From: Thermoproteota archaeon
GTDB taxonomy: Archaea; Korarchaeota; Korarchaeia; B14-G2
Direction of reading: 5' to 3'
Length of the DNA stretch: 64,000 bases
NCBI GenBank assembly: GCA_037917675.1
Contig: JAVCBW010000034.1
Span: 32,001-96,000, forward strand
The notes under the pieces are model-generated. The model was not told the DNA's origin. It ran no database searches and saw only the letters and a program-made list of their open reading frames with translations. Below, piece by piece: positions 1 through 9,579 of this stretch (position 1 is the first letter of the stretch; each line of letters starts with the position of its first letter). A program made the position numbers and the translations under genes.

Positions 1-152
1 ACTATGTTGCCTGCCTCCTTGAAGCCAGAGGCTCTCCAAGCCATAGGCTATGGGCTTCCCCAAGGGCTCTGCCTCCATCAGCATTCGCGAGGTGGAGCTG
101 GAGATCCCTATACGAGTACTACAGGTGGAGAGGCAAGGTCATAGGAGAGTAG
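1..152 (+). CDS. 3' end of a CDS entering the window (hypothetical protein)
   Basis: Open frame from base 3 (YVACLLEARG...YYRWRGKVIGE) ends at TAG 150-152, just before the TTG of the next gene. Confidence 0.55.
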   Translation, partial: YVACLLEARGSPSHRLWASPRALPPSAFARWSWRSLYEYYRWRGKVIGE

Positions 153-153
153 C

Positions 154-1758
154 TTGCTCACGCTCATAGTTGACGCGCTAGCCTCAGGGAGAGGCTGGAG
201 AGCTTCAGCTAGAGACGCTATAGGAGCAGGCCCAAGAGCTATAGCTGGAGTCCTCGAGAGGCATGGGCTAGAGTGCAGGATAGCTAGAGCTGAGGAAGCA
301 CTGAGAGAAAGGAGGCTCCTCATGAATGCAGGCGTCATCTTGGCTTCAGCTATGACCATGGACATCGAAGCTCTTAGGAGGCTCTCATATGCTGTGAAGC
401 TCAAGAGCCCTGAGACCCCCATGGTGGCTGGAGGGCCAGCTGCATCAGACCCATATGCTCTCCTCTCGAGGACCCTGTTCGACATAGCTGTAATAGGAGA
501 GGGAGAGAAGACCCTAGAGGAGCTCCTGAGCATAGGGCTCTCAAGGGGAGCCATACCAGACCCAGACGACCTCAAGTCTGTAAGGGGGCTGGCATATAGG
601 TGGAGAGGCAGAGTTGTAGTCACAGAGCAGAGGCCTCTGATGTCAGGGGGAGAGCTAGACTCCTATAGGCCGTCAGTGAGGAGGGTAGCTGACTACCCAC
701 ACTACTTTGCTGCCAGAGTGTATGTTGAGGTTGTGAGAGGGTGTAGTAACTTCAAGAGGACGTCTCTGAAGCTGAGGAGTGGCTTAGAGTGCACTGGCTG
801 CAACAGGTGTAGCAGTGGGAGCTTAGCTGAGAGGCTGAGCTGCCCAGCTGGGATAAGGCCAGGATGCGGGTACTGCTCAGTCCCATCGCTACATGGGCCA
901 CCTAGGTCGAGGAGCATCGAGTCCATAACATCAGAGGTCAGGGAGCTCATAGCTCTCGGAGTACATAGGATCGTACTTAGCGCACCAGACTTCCTAGACT
1001 ACATGAGAGAAAAGCTTGTAGAGCCTGAGCCTCTGACAGACCCTAGGAGCCCAGAGCCAAACTACAGTGCCATAGAGGAGCTGCTAGCTTCCCTGAGGAG
1101 CATCGCAGAGGAGTCAGGCGCATACATCATGGTAGAGAACATAAAGCCTTCTCTATTCACTGAGAGAGCTGCTAGGATCCTAGCAGAGTACCTTCCTGGG
1201 ACTCCAGTGCACATAGGCTGTGAGACAGGAGACCCAGCTCACTCTAGGATGCTAGGCAGGCCATCAGCTCCATCTGAGGCTCTTGAGGCAGCTAGGAGGG
1301 CAGCGAGACACGGCTTGAGGCCCTACGTGTACTTCATACATGGCCTGCCAGCACAGACACGTGAGACAGTTGAGAGGACAGTGGAGCTCATAGAGAAGCT
1401 TGATGAAGCTGGGGTTGAGAAGGTCACAGTCTATAGGTTTAAGCCTCTCCCGATGTCAGCTTTCGAGCATGAGCCTCCAGGTAGGCCTGCCTCCAGAGAC
1501 CCACTGAGCTACAGGATAGTTGAAGCAGCTAGGCAGCTGAACACAAGGAGGAAGATGAGGCTAGTAGGCAAGAGGATGAAGGTCATAGTTGCAGAGCCAC
1601 ATCCTAGGCACAGGAGATATGCCTATGCATACCCGCTGGAGGATGGGCCAGCAGTGCTGCTAGTAGATGGAGCTGCCATGATAGCTAGCGTGGTTGAAGC
1701 TAAGGTGACTAGAGTCCTTTCAGATAGGCTTGTTGAAGCTGAGGTCTCTGGTAGCTGA
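154..1758 (+). CDS. B12-binding radical SAM protein with C-terminal TRAM-like domain
   Basis: GGP and AVIGEGE cobalamin-domain motifs; VEVVRGC...GCGYCSVP split radical SAM motif; C-terminal beta-rich domain. Confidence 0.85.
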   Translation: MLTLIVDALASGRGWRASARDAIGAGPRAIAGVLERHGLECRIARAEEALRERRLLMNAGVILASAMTMDIEALRRLSYAVKLKSPETPMVAGGPAASDPYALLSRTLFDIAVIGEGEKTLEELLSIGLSRGAIPDPDDLKSVRGLAYRWRGRVVVTEQRPLMSGGELDSYRPSVRRVADYPHYFAARVYVEVVRGCSNFKRTSLKLRSGLECTGCNRCSSGSLAERLSCPAGIRPGCGYCSVPSLHGPPRSRSIESITSEVRELIALGVHRIVLSAPDFLDYMREKLVEPEPLTDPRSPEPNYSAIEELLASLRSIAEESGAYIMVENIKPSLFTERAARILAEYLPGTPVHIGCETGDPAHSRMLGRPSAPSEALEAARRAARHGLRPYVYFIHGLPAQTRETVERTVELIEKLDEAGVEKVTVYRFKPLPMSAFEHEPPGRPASRDPLSYRIVEAARQLNTRRKMRLVGKRMKVIVAEPHPRHRRYAYAYPLEDGPAVLLVDGAAMIASVVEAKVTRVLSDRLVEAEVSGS

Positions 1759-1782
1759 AGCCAGCTGCCTCACGATGAAATC

Positions 1783-1808
1783 TTTAAATACTTCTGTGCC
1801 ATGGCACA
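1783..1808 (+). promoter_or_regulatory. TATA box followed by perfect 14-bp palindrome TGTGCCATGGCACA (candidate operator)
   Basis: TTTAAATA at 1783-1790 and palindrome at 1795-1808; the same arrangement recurs at 34087-34112. Confidence 0.65.
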
Positions 1809-2172
1809 CATGGTGCTCAGGTTGAAGATAGCTCTAGCATGTAGGAGCAAGAAGGGGTTAAGCAGCCAGCTCTCAGATGTCTTCGCTAGGTCAGCCTACT
1901 TCACGCTCGTCAAGTTAGAAGGCTGTGAGCCTAGGGAAGTCGAGGTCATCGAGAACCCGTACCTAAGCCTCAAGCATGGCATAGGCCCACTGATATGTGT
2001 CATGCTCAAGAAGGAAGGTGTAGAAGCTGTTGTAGCAGGAGACTTCGGCCCGACAGTCAAGCAGCTCCTGAGGGAGCTTGACATAAGGCCAGTAAGGGTG
2101 AGAGCTGGCCTGAAGGTCTCTGAGGCAATCAAGGAGGTCTGCAGCATGCTACAGGCTAGAAGCTCAGCATAG
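1801..2172 (+). CDS. NifB/NifX (FeMo-cofactor biosynthesis / orange protein) family protein; true start may be TTG 1822
   Basis: KIALA...VFARSAYF...ENP...HGIG...GVEAVVAGDFGP pattern. Confidence 0.85.
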   Translation: MAHMVLRLKIALACRSKKGLSSQLSDVFARSAYFTLVKLEGCEPREVEVIENPYLSLKHGIGPLICVMLKKEGVEAVVAGDFGPTVKQLLRELDIRPVRVRAGLKVSEAIKEVCSMLQARSSA

Positions 2173-2230
2173 GCTTAAAGCATGCTGCTAGCGTACACAA
2201 CTGTTATTAATCTCAGCATAGCTCAGGAGG

Positions 2231-3088
2231 GTGGTGTCAGAGATGCGAGAGCAGGCTGCTGAGCGCAGAGAGCTACCTGTGAGGCGTGAGCAGCCTAAAG
2301 GGACTGAGCTGGCTGGCATGAAGGACGTGAAGCATAAGATATCTGTGATGTCAGGGAAGGGAGGAGTAGGTAAGACTACTGTAGCAGTGAACCTGGCTTT
2401 CACACTAGCCTGGAAGGGCTACTCAACTGGGATCCTAGATGCAGACATACATGGGCCTGATGTCCCAAAGATGCTGGGTCTCGAGGGAGAGCATCCTATA
2501 GTAACGAACTCTGGCATCCTACCTGTCCCAGGGCCACTTAACATAAAGGTCATGTCAATGGAGCTCCTCCTAGTGGACTCAAGCACCCCAGTGATATGGA
2601 GAGGGCCTCTGAAGATGCGTGCAATAGAGCAGTTCCTCAGCGAGGTGCTATGGGGCTACCTAGACTTCCTGATAATAGATCTCCCACCTGGAACAGGAGA
2701 TGAGCCTCTTAGCATAATGCAGCTCATACCAGACATGAGCGGCGTGATCATAGTGACAACACCACAGGAGGTCGCCTTGCTAGATGTGAGGAAGGCTATC
2801 AACATGGCTAAGAAGCTAAACGTCAGGGTCCTCGGCATAATAGAGAACATGTCTGGCTTCACCTGCCCAAAGTGCGGTGAGACAACGTACATATTCGGTG
2901 TAGGTGGAGGAGAGAAGGCTGCTAGAGAGCTAGGCATCCCCTTCCTAGGGAGGCTCCCAATAGACGTGAGGGTCAGAGAGGTGAGTGACGAGGGCAAGCC
3001 CTTCGTACTGGAGCACAGAGAGAGCGAGGTGAGCAAGTCCTTCATGGAGGTCGTTGAGAAGATAGAGAGGGCCCTCGGGCTAGCCTAG
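2231..3088 (+). CDS. mrp: Mrp/NBP35 (ApbC) Fe-S cluster carrier ATPase
   Basis: [32 protein letters not shown] and CPKC motifs. Confidence 0.95.
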   Translation: MVSEMREQAAERRELPVRREQPKGTELAGMKDVKHKISVMSGKGGVGKTTVAVNLAFTLAWKGYSTGILDADIHGPDVPKMLGLEGEHPIVTNSGILPVPGPLNIKVMSMELLLVDSSTPVIWRGPLKMRAIEQFLSEVLWGYLDFLIIDLPPGTGDEPLSIMQLIPDMSGVIIVTTPQEVALLDVRKAINMAKKLNVRVLGIIENMSGFTCPKCGETTYIFGVGGGEKAARELGIPFLGRLPIDVRVREVSDEGKPFVLEHRESEVSKSFMEVVEKIERALGLA

Positions 3089-3476
3089 CTACCTTAGAGA
3101 GGTACCTTGAGAGCTTAACGTCCTCTGCCTCAACCCTATAGAGCCTCCCCTTATAGACGACGTAGTGTAGAGCCTCAAACCCCCCGATCAGCTTCCTCAC
3201 CTCCTCGACAAGCATGTGTAGCTGGACACAGTGTGGTGAGCCATCTACACTCAAGGCTACAACCTCGCTCAGATTAGATGCTCTGGCAGCGCAAGCAAGC
3301 TTGTAGGCTACCATGTTATAGTGCTCTCTCTCAAGGCAGACTGATGCAGCAAACCTGCCTTCTGAGAGAGCTCTAAGGTGCTCTGGCCACTCCACCTCTA
3401 TGCAGGAGCCATAGAGGAGCAGCTTACCCAGCTCCCTGAGCCTCCTCGAGCCCACGTTCGTCTCCATGAACTCCAT
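3042..3476 (-). CDS. Small putative Fe-S protein, last gene of the hdr operon
   Basis: GSC, VCLE and [10 protein letters not shown] Cys motifs; start overlaps hdrB stop. Confidence 0.7.
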   Translation of the reverse strand: MEFMETNVGSRRLRELGKLLLYGSCIEVEWPEHLRALSEGRFAASVCLEREHYNMVAYKLACAARASNLSEVVALSVDGSPHCVQLHMLVEEVRKLIGGFEALHYVVYKGRLYRVEAEDVKLSRYLSKVARLARGPSLSSQRPP

Positions 3477-4348
3477 TACCCCAGCCTCTCAAGCACCTTC
3501 TCAACTGGGCTAGAGTTCAGGTCGAGCCCAAGCTCCTCCTCACTGAGCTCTAGCGCAAGCCCAACTAGCTGAGTAGCATAGAGCACTGGCATAGACAGGG
3601 GCTTGCCTACAGCAGCTGCAGCAGCCTTCTGGCTTTGATCAAGCATCTTCATACAGTGTGGGCATGGTGTCACAATGAGGTCAGCTCCCCTCTCCTGTAC
3701 TGCAGCGATCTTCTCTCCTGCAAGGGTGAGTGCAGCCTCCCTCCTAGTGTATACTAGGATTCCTCCACAGCAGCTGAGCTTCTCAGGATAGTCTATTGGC
3801 TCTCCTCCAATAGCCTCGACTATGGCTTCTATTCTCCCTGGGCTCTCAGAGTGGTCTGGCCTAGGCATGTCACTTGGCCTCAAGGTCTGGCAGCCATAGT
3901 GTGCAGCCACCTTGAGGCCACTGATCCCTCTTCTCTCAGCTAGCTTACCTGACTCAGCTGCCTCAGCTAGCACAGTCAGTATGCTGACTGCTCTAGCTCT
4001 GCCAGCATACCTCAGCCCCTCCTGGCCTAGCAGCTCCAGGACCTTGCTCCTGAGCTCTCTGCTATGCTCCAGCACCCTTCTAGCCTCTGAGATGTGGAAG
4101 TCGCAGACGCTACATAGCGTGAGCAGGCTCCCACCCTGCTCCTCAGCTAGAGCTAGGTTCCTAGCTGACAGGTAGAGCCAGGCAAGCATGCTCGCGCTTC
4201 TCACAGGCATGCCGCAGCAGGAGAGGCCCTCAGCCTCCCTATAGGGTATCTCAAGCGCCTCAAGCACCCGCCTAGCTGAGAGCTCACATGCATAGAGCTC
4301 TGTTGAAGCTAGGCACCCAGGGTAGATCACAAGCTCCAGCTCACCCAC
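3476..4348 (-). CDS. hdrB: Heterodisulfide reductase subunit B
   Basis: Two CCG domains: YPGC..SCCG..LCSVC and HYGC..SCCG..PCPHC. Confidence 0.93.
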   Translation of the reverse strand: MGELELVIYPGCLASTELYACELSARRVLEALEIPYREAEGLSCCGMPVRSASMLAWLYLSARNLALAEEQGGSLLTLCSVCDFHISEARRVLEHSRELRSKVLELLGQEGLRYAGRARAVSILTVLAEAAESGKLAERRGISGLKVAAHYGCQTLRPSDMPRPDHSESPGRIEAIVEAIGGEPIDYPEKLSCCGGILVYTRREAALTLAGEKIAAVQERGADLIVTPCPHCMKMLDQSQKAAAAAVGKPLSMPVLYATQLVGLALELSEEELGLDLNSSPVEKVLERLG

Positions 4349-4883
4349 CTAAGACCACCTCCAGCGTGCTCATCAAGGCCTCAGCGAACGCATCCATCCT
4401 CCTAGGCCTAGAGGCAGGAGGGAGCCCTAGCTTCTCTCTCGTGTACCTCCTCCCACTCCTCCCAACAGCCTCTCTAGGCTCCTGTATGAGCCCAGTGTCC
4501 AGTATGGACATCACCATCTTAGAGAGCTCCTCAGGCAGCTCAGCTCCCCTAGACACCGCGATGGACCTCAGCTTCAGTATTATGTCTACTGGAGAAACGC
4601 TCTGGGGGCATCTCTCTCTACACTGCAGGCACTGGGCACATGCCCATATTATCTCTGACCCAGCTAGCTCCTCTATGAAGCCGTCTCTAGCTAGAGCAGC
4701 GATCTCATGTGGCTTCAGCTCAAGCAGCCTCATTGAGGTGCATCCTCCACTACATCTGCCACAGAGGTAGCAGTAGTCTGGTGTGCTCAGCCCAAGCTCA
4801 AGCAGCTCCCTATAGACTTCCCTCTTGAGCTCAGGCTTCTCTTCAGCTAGGGTAAGCAGGTCTACTAGAGCCATGTTAGCCAC
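4341..4883 (-). CDS. hdrC: Heterodisulfide reductase subunit C
   Basis: CYLCGRCSGGC and WACAQCLQCRERCP 4Fe-4S motifs; lies between mvhD and hdrB. Confidence 0.9.
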   Translation of the reverse strand: MANMALVDLLTLAEEKPELKREVYRELLELGLSTPDYCYLCGRCSGGCTSMRLLELKPHEIAALARDGFIEELAGSEIIWACAQCLQCRERCPQSVSPVDIILKLRSIAVSRGAELPEELSKMVMSILDTGLIQEPREAVGRSGRRYTREKLGLPPASRPRRMDAFAEALMSTLEVVLGG

Positions 4884-5277
4884 CTCTCAGAGGCCCAAGC
4901 TCCCTGAGCTCCTCAGTGAACATCCTTACCACCTCAGCGAACTTCTGGCCCTCAGAGGCTGAGATCCACTCCAGCCTGAGTCTTTCAGACTCTATCCCGA
5001 GCTCAGGGAGGAGCTTCCTGACGAGTAGGAACCTCCTCAAAGCCTTCATGTTCCCAGCCATGTAGTGGCAGTCTCCAGGGTGGCAGCCTGCTATCAGAAC
5101 TCCATCTGCTCCATGCTTGAATGCTGCAAGCACTAAGCTTGCGTCGACTCTGCCAGTACACATCACTCTGACTATCCGCACGCTAGGAGGATACTCTATC
5201 CTAGAGGTGCCAGCTAGGTCTGCTCCAGCATAGCTGCACCAGTTACAGCAGAAGGCTATGATCAAAGGCTCCTTCAA
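4876..5277 (-). CDS. mvhD: Methyl-viologen-reducing hydrogenase delta subunit
   Basis: FCCNWCSYAGADLAG, RVMCTGRVD, GCHPGDCHY, WISASEG. Confidence 0.96.
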   Translation of the reverse strand: MKEPLIIAFCCNWCSYAGADLAGTSRIEYPPSVRIVRVMCTGRVDASLVLAAFKHGADGVLIAGCHPGDCHYMAGNMKALRRFLLVRKLLPELGIESERLRLEWISASEGQKFAEVVRMFTEELRELGPLRGG

Positions 5278-7271
5278 GCTCTCACCTCAGCTAAGGCTTC
5301 AACCTGCCTGTGGAGCTGCTCGTCTGTGAAGCCAAGCTGCTGTATGGCTCCACTTGGGCAGGCTGCTGCACAGGCTCCACACCCTCTACAGAGGGCTGGA
5401 GTAACCTCAGCGACAGTCCTCCCCTCCTTCTCAGTGAGGCTTATCGCATTATAGCTACAAGTCTCAACACAGACCCCACAGCCACCACAGAGTTCAGTGT
5501 CGACTGTAACTATGTGGGGTGGGAGCTCGACTACCCCAGCTGACATCAGTGATACTGCCTGAGCTGCAGCTGCGCCAGCTTGAGCTACAGTGTCAGGTAT
5601 GTCCTTTGGGCCCTGCGCGGACCCTGCTAGGAACACTCCTGAGACAGCTGTCTCAACAGGCCTCAGCTTCGGGTGTAGCTCAAGCAGGAAGCCATCTGGG
5701 CCAGCTGGAAGCTTCAGCTTCTCCCTTATCTCAGCTGTCCCATCACTTGGGACCACACCGTTCTCTAGGATCACGAGGTCTACTGTGACCCTATATGGCC
5801 TAGCTGTCCCAGTGTCCCATATGTCGAATGTCAGAGTGCCATCTGGGTTCTCTCTGATCTCACCTGGCTTCCCCCTTATGACCACAACATTCCCTAGGCT
5901 TCTGACCTTCCTATAGAACTCCTCGAATCCCTTGCCAAAGGACCTCATGTCCATGAAGCACAGGACTATCTCAGCTTCTGGATTGCTGCCATGCACATAG
6001 TAGGCATGCTTAAGCCCACACATGCAGCCTATCCTACAGCAGTATGGGAGGTGCTTCTCGTCTCTGGAGCCTACACAGAGGAGTATAGCTACCCTCCTAG
6101 GAGGCTTCCCATCTGATGGCCTCAGGATCCTTCCTGCTGTAGGACCTCCAGCTGAGGAGAGCCTCTCTAGCTCTAGGCCTGTTATGACGTTCCTGAACCT
6201 GCCGTAGCCATACTCTGGGATCTCCCTTGGGTCTAGCAGCTTGAAGCCTGTAGCTACGACTACTGCTCCAACCTCTACCTCCTCTACTCTGTCTTCCTGC
6301 TTGAAGTCTATGGCTTCAGCTGGGCAAACCTTCTCACATACTCTACAGACCTCCTTCGTGAAGTAGAGGCAGTGCTCTCTGTCTATGACAGGCCTCCTTG
6401 GGACAGCTTGAGGGAACTGGAAGTATATTGCAGTCCTATATCCTAGGCCCTCATTGAACTCGTCTGGGATCTTCTTGACAGGACACTTCTCAGTGCAAAG
6501 CCCGCAGCCAACACACTTGCTCCAGTCTACGTATGCTGCTTTCCTCCTCACCTTAACCTTGAAGTCTCCAACATAGCCTTCTATGCTCTCAACCTCAGAG
6601 TATGTCATCAGCTCTATGTTAGGGTGGCTTGCAGCCTCAGCCATCAATGGAGTTAGGATGCACTGTGAGCAGTCTAGAGTTGGAAACGTCTTATCAAGCT
6701 TAGCCATGTGCCCTCCTATGCTAGGCTGCCTCTCAACAAGATAGACTTTGAACCCAGCATTAGCTATGTCGAGTGCAGCTCTTATCCCAGCTATCCCCCC
6801 TCCTATCACGAGAGCTGCAGGCTTGACTGCGACCTTCTGGGTCTCTATGGGCTCTAGGAGGGATGCTTTCGCTACCGCGCCAGCTATGAGCGCCTTGGCC
6901 TTCTCCAGGGCCTTCTCTGGCTCTGAGCTATGGACCCATGTGACATGCTCTCTTATGTTAGCGAACTCGAGGAGGTGAGGGTTTACCCCAGCCTTCTCAA
7001 GGACCCTCTGAAATGTCTGCTCATGCATCTTTGGGCTGCAGGCTGCTATCACAACCCTGTTCACTCCAAGCTCCTTTATGTCCTTGGCTACCAGCTCCTG
7101 CCCTGGGGAAGAGCACATGTAAGGATAGTCTCTAGCAACCACTACCCCAGGGAGCTTCGAGGCATACTCTGCTAGCTTAGAGACATCTATGACTCCAGCT
7201 ATGTTCTTGCCGCAGTGGCATATGTAGACGCCGACTCTAGCCTCGCTCATAAGCTGCCCTAACCGCCTCAC
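5274..7271 (-). CDS. hdrA: Heterodisulfide reductase subunit A (likely start ATG 7250)
   Basis: VYICHCG, GGGIAG FAD motif, LDKTFPTLDCSQC, ferredoxin insert, CVGSRD, GPKDIP, C-terminal ferredoxin. Confidence 0.96.
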   Translation of the reverse strand: MRRLGQLMSEARVGVYICHCGKNIAGVIDVSKLAEYASKLPGVVVARDYPYMCSSPGQELVAKDIKELGVNRVVIAACSPKMHEQTFQRVLEKAGVNPHLLEFANIREHVTWVHSSEPEKALEKAKALIAGAVAKASLLEPIETQKVAVKPAALVIGGGIAGIRAALDIANAGFKVYLVERQPSIGGHMAKLDKTFPTLDCSQCILTPLMAEAASHPNIELMTYSEVESIEGYVGDFKVKVRRKAAYVDWSKCVGCGLCTEKCPVKKIPDEFNEGLGYRTAIYFQFPQAVPRRPVIDREHCLYFTKEVCRVCEKVCPAEAIDFKQEDRVEEVEVGAVVVATGFKLLDPREIPEYGYGRFRNVITGLELERLSSAGGPTAGRILRPSDGKPPRRVAILLCVGSRDEKHLPYCCRIGCMCGLKHAYYVHGSNPEAEIVLCFMDMRSFGKGFEEFYRKVRSLGNVVVIRGKPGEIRENPDGTLTFDIWDTGTARPYRVTVDLVILENGVVPSDGTAEIREKLKLPAGPDGFLLELHPKLRPVETAVSGVFLAGSAQGPKDIPDTVAQAGAAAAQAVSLMSAGVVELPPHIVTVDTELCGGCGVCVETCSYNAISLTEKEGRTVAEVTPALCRGCGACAAACPSGAIQQLGFTDEQLHRQVEALAEVRA

Positions 7272-7297
7272 TAGCCCACGTTTTTAAAGGTGGGCTA
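7272..7297 (-). promoter_or_regulatory. hdrA TATA box enclosed by an 8-bp inverted repeat
   Basis: TAGCCCAC-GTTTTTAAAG-GTGGGCTA; minus-strand TTTAAAAA about 31 nt before ATG 7250. Confidence 0.55.
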
Positions 7298-7313
7298 CTC
7301 CAGCCTATCTGCT

Positions 7314-8690
7314 TTAAGCTAGCTTATGCCTCCCTCCGATCTCTGAGACTGCTCTAGCTGAGAGCTCCAAGCCGAGTCTAGCAGCATCCTCGACATCACA
7401 GCCGCCCAGGAGCCCTATGGCAAGCCCAGCTGAGAAGGCGTCTCCAGCTCCAGTCGTGTCTCTTGCTGTAACGCTATCTGCTAGCAGCTCTATACACCTG
7501 TCCTCTCTCAGGATCAGACACCCCCTGCTACCGAGGGTGACTACAGCAGCTCCACAGCCCTCTCTAACCAGCTGCATGAGCTTGCTCCTCCAGCCTTCAA
7601 TAGAGCTAGCTGACTCTATGTTCAGTATGAAGACATCAGCTAGCTTAGCTATCTCAAGAGCCTGCCTGCCTCTGATCTTGATCATGGGAAGCCCAGGCCT
7701 ATAGACCACAGTCTTCCCTCTGTCCCTGGCATATCCTGCTATTACGCGAGCTATCTCCGTGTAGACCTCTCCGACATAGACTAGCTTGCTCTCCTCAACC
7801 CTCTCCCAGCTGACCTCGCTAGGAGAGCTCAGTGAGAGGGATGTCTCCTCTCTAGCTGGAAGAACCACCTGCTTACATCCGTCTCTAGCCACTAGCACTA
7901 TTGTTCTAGCTGTCTCAGCCTCCTCTGAGACTACTATGCTGCTCAAGTCTACACCTAGCTCAGCTAGCCTAGCCATAGCTATGAGAGCAGCCTCGTCAGC
8001 ACCGACCTTCGCTATGAGAGCTGTTGCAACCTCCATCTGAGCTAGAGCTGCAGCTACATTAGCTGCCATCCCACCTGGGAGAACTATGGTGTCTAGTGTG
8101 AAGTATGTTTCGTCTCTCAGAGGGAGCTCCTCAGCTGGCACCTCATAGTCTACTGCTATAGAGCCGAAGACAGCTGCCTCTATGCTCTTCCTAGTGGATG
8201 CAGCTAGGCTGCTCAGATATGACTTGAGGAAGGACTTCAGTATGAGCTTTGGGCTGACCTTGTAGTCGACACAGAACCTAGCTACGCTCTCAGCATATAG
8301 CTTGAAGAGCTCCACTGAGAGCTCTCTGACATACTCGTCTTCAGCTAGCCTCGGAGGTGAGAGGAGCATCGAGATCCAGGCTCCAAGCTTCGTGAGCCTA
8401 TACCTCCTGACCCACACCCTCTTTCCCTTGGACTCAACTCTCCCAGTAGACTCCTCTAGTAGCCCTGCTCTGACCAGCTCCCTAAGCCTCTTCACCACAG
8501 TCTTGTCTGACTTCCTCCCCTTAAAGGTGTCTACTATCTCCTGCTGCCTCACAAAGCCCCTTAGCGGCATGAGTCTAAGGATCTCCATCGCGTCCTCTGA
8601 GCCGAATGCTGACAGCAGGATCCTAGCCTGCTCATTCAGCTTGACTGGTAGCGGAAGTATGTAGGGCCATATGCTGCTCAAGCAAGCCAC
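7314..8690 (-). CDS. Winged-helix DNA-binding domain fused to PfkB/ribokinase-family kinase
   Basis: N-terminal wHTH (KTVVKRLRELVRAGLL..YRLTKLG); C-terminal GGMAANVA and DTTGAGDAF PfkB signatures. Confidence 0.88.
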   Translation of the reverse strand: MACLSSIWPYILPLPVKLNEQARILLSAFGSEDAMEILRLMPLRGFVRQQEIVDTFKGRKSDKTVVKRLRELVRAGLLEESTGRVESKGKRVWVRRYRLTKLGAWISMLLSPPRLAEDEYVRELSVELFKLYAESVARFCVDYKVSPKLILKSFLKSYLSSLAASTRKSIEAAVFGSIAVDYEVPAEELPLRDETYFTLDTIVLPGGMAANVAAALAQMEVATALIAKVGADEAALIAMARLAELGVDLSSIVVSEEAETARTIVLVARDGCKQVVLPAREETSLSLSSPSEVSWERVEESKLVYVGEVYTEIARVIAGYARDRGKTVVYRPGLPMIKIRGRQALEIAKLADVFILNIESASSIEGWRSKLMQLVREGCGAAVVTLGSRGCLILREDRCIELLADSVTARDTTGAGDAFSAGLAIGLLGGCDVEDAARLGLELSARAVSEIGGRHKLA

Positions 8691-8722
8691 CTGCCAGGCT
8701 ATTGGGCTGATGCAAGCTCCTC

Positions 8723-8800
8723 TTTAAACTGTGTGGTATGCCGTCTAGCAGCTGGAACCTCAGGAAGAAGGCTTTCCACCGCTTCCAGGCAAGTTTAAAA
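8723..8800. promoter_or_regulatory. Divergent promoters with a central 37-bp dyad
   Basis: TTTAAA at 8723-8728 and 8794-8800; CTGGAA-N5-GGAA-N7-TTCC-N5-TTCCAG at 8752-8788 with one symmetry centre (8770). Confidence 0.6.
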
Positions 8801-8831
8801 CGCTAGAGCGGAGAGCTAGCCTGGTGGTCTT

Positions 8832-9566
8832 GTGCCTGCACCCTCATCTAGACACCTAGCTCTCATAGCTGTCTTGGCGGCAGTCTATGCCATGGCATCT
8901 ATGCTCCCAGGCATACCTGTGATCGGTGGAGGAGGTAAAGGCAGAATAGAGCTAGCAGCCTTCCTTGGGCCAGTCTACGGGATGCTGATAGGCCCATTCA
9001 CAGGCTTTGCTGCAGCGTGGCTTGGAGCTCTAGTAAGCTGGGTTCTACCACCTGGGTCTTCAGGCCCATGGGGGCTTGCCACAACTCTCTGCCCAGCTAT
9101 GGGAGCTCTAGTCTCAGGGCTAGCTGTCACCCAGAGGGTCGGCAGGATGAGAGGCTGGACTCTAGCTTCAGCTGTCCTAGGAGCTCTGCTAGCTGGCTGG
9201 TACATGACAGCAGTAGGGAGGATAGCCTACTGGTATCCTCTGCTCCAGTGGGCTGGGCTCATCATGATCTTAGCTTCAGGTAGGTGGCTCCCAAAGCTAT
9301 ATGATGGGAAGTCTATGCCTGCTGCAGCTGTGCTAGCAGGCTATGCTGGCATAGTCTCAGACCACATGGTCGGTAACCTGCTCTTCATAGAGCTCGGAAG
9401 CCCACTCCTAGGGGTCTCCATGGCACCTGAGAAGATGGCTGCCCTCTTCAAGGCTGTACTACCCATCTCAGCAGCAGAGAGGATGACCATGCTCCTGCTC
9501 CTAGCGGTCATAGGTGTTCCAGTGATCTATGCTGTCAGGTCTTCAGGTGTCCTCAAACGCAGCTAA
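8832..9566 (+). CDS. Integral membrane protein, probable ECF transporter S component
   Basis: N-terminal AxxAA helix, GMLIGPFTG motif, multiple TM helices, DH and ER polar residues within membrane segments. Confidence 0.7.
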   Translation: MPAPSSRHLALIAVLAAVYAMASMLPGIPVIGGGGKGRIELAAFLGPVYGMLIGPFTGFAAAWLGALVSWVLPPGSSGPWGLATTLCPAMGALVSGLAVTQRVGRMRGWTLASAVLGALLAGWYMTAVGRIAYWYPLLQWAGLIMILASGRWLPKLYDGKSMPAAAVLAGYAGIVSDHMVGNLLFIELGSPLLGVSMAPEKMAALFKAVLPISAAERMTMLLLLAVIGVPVIYAVRSSGVLKRS

Positions 9567-9579
9567 ACAAAAATGCTGA

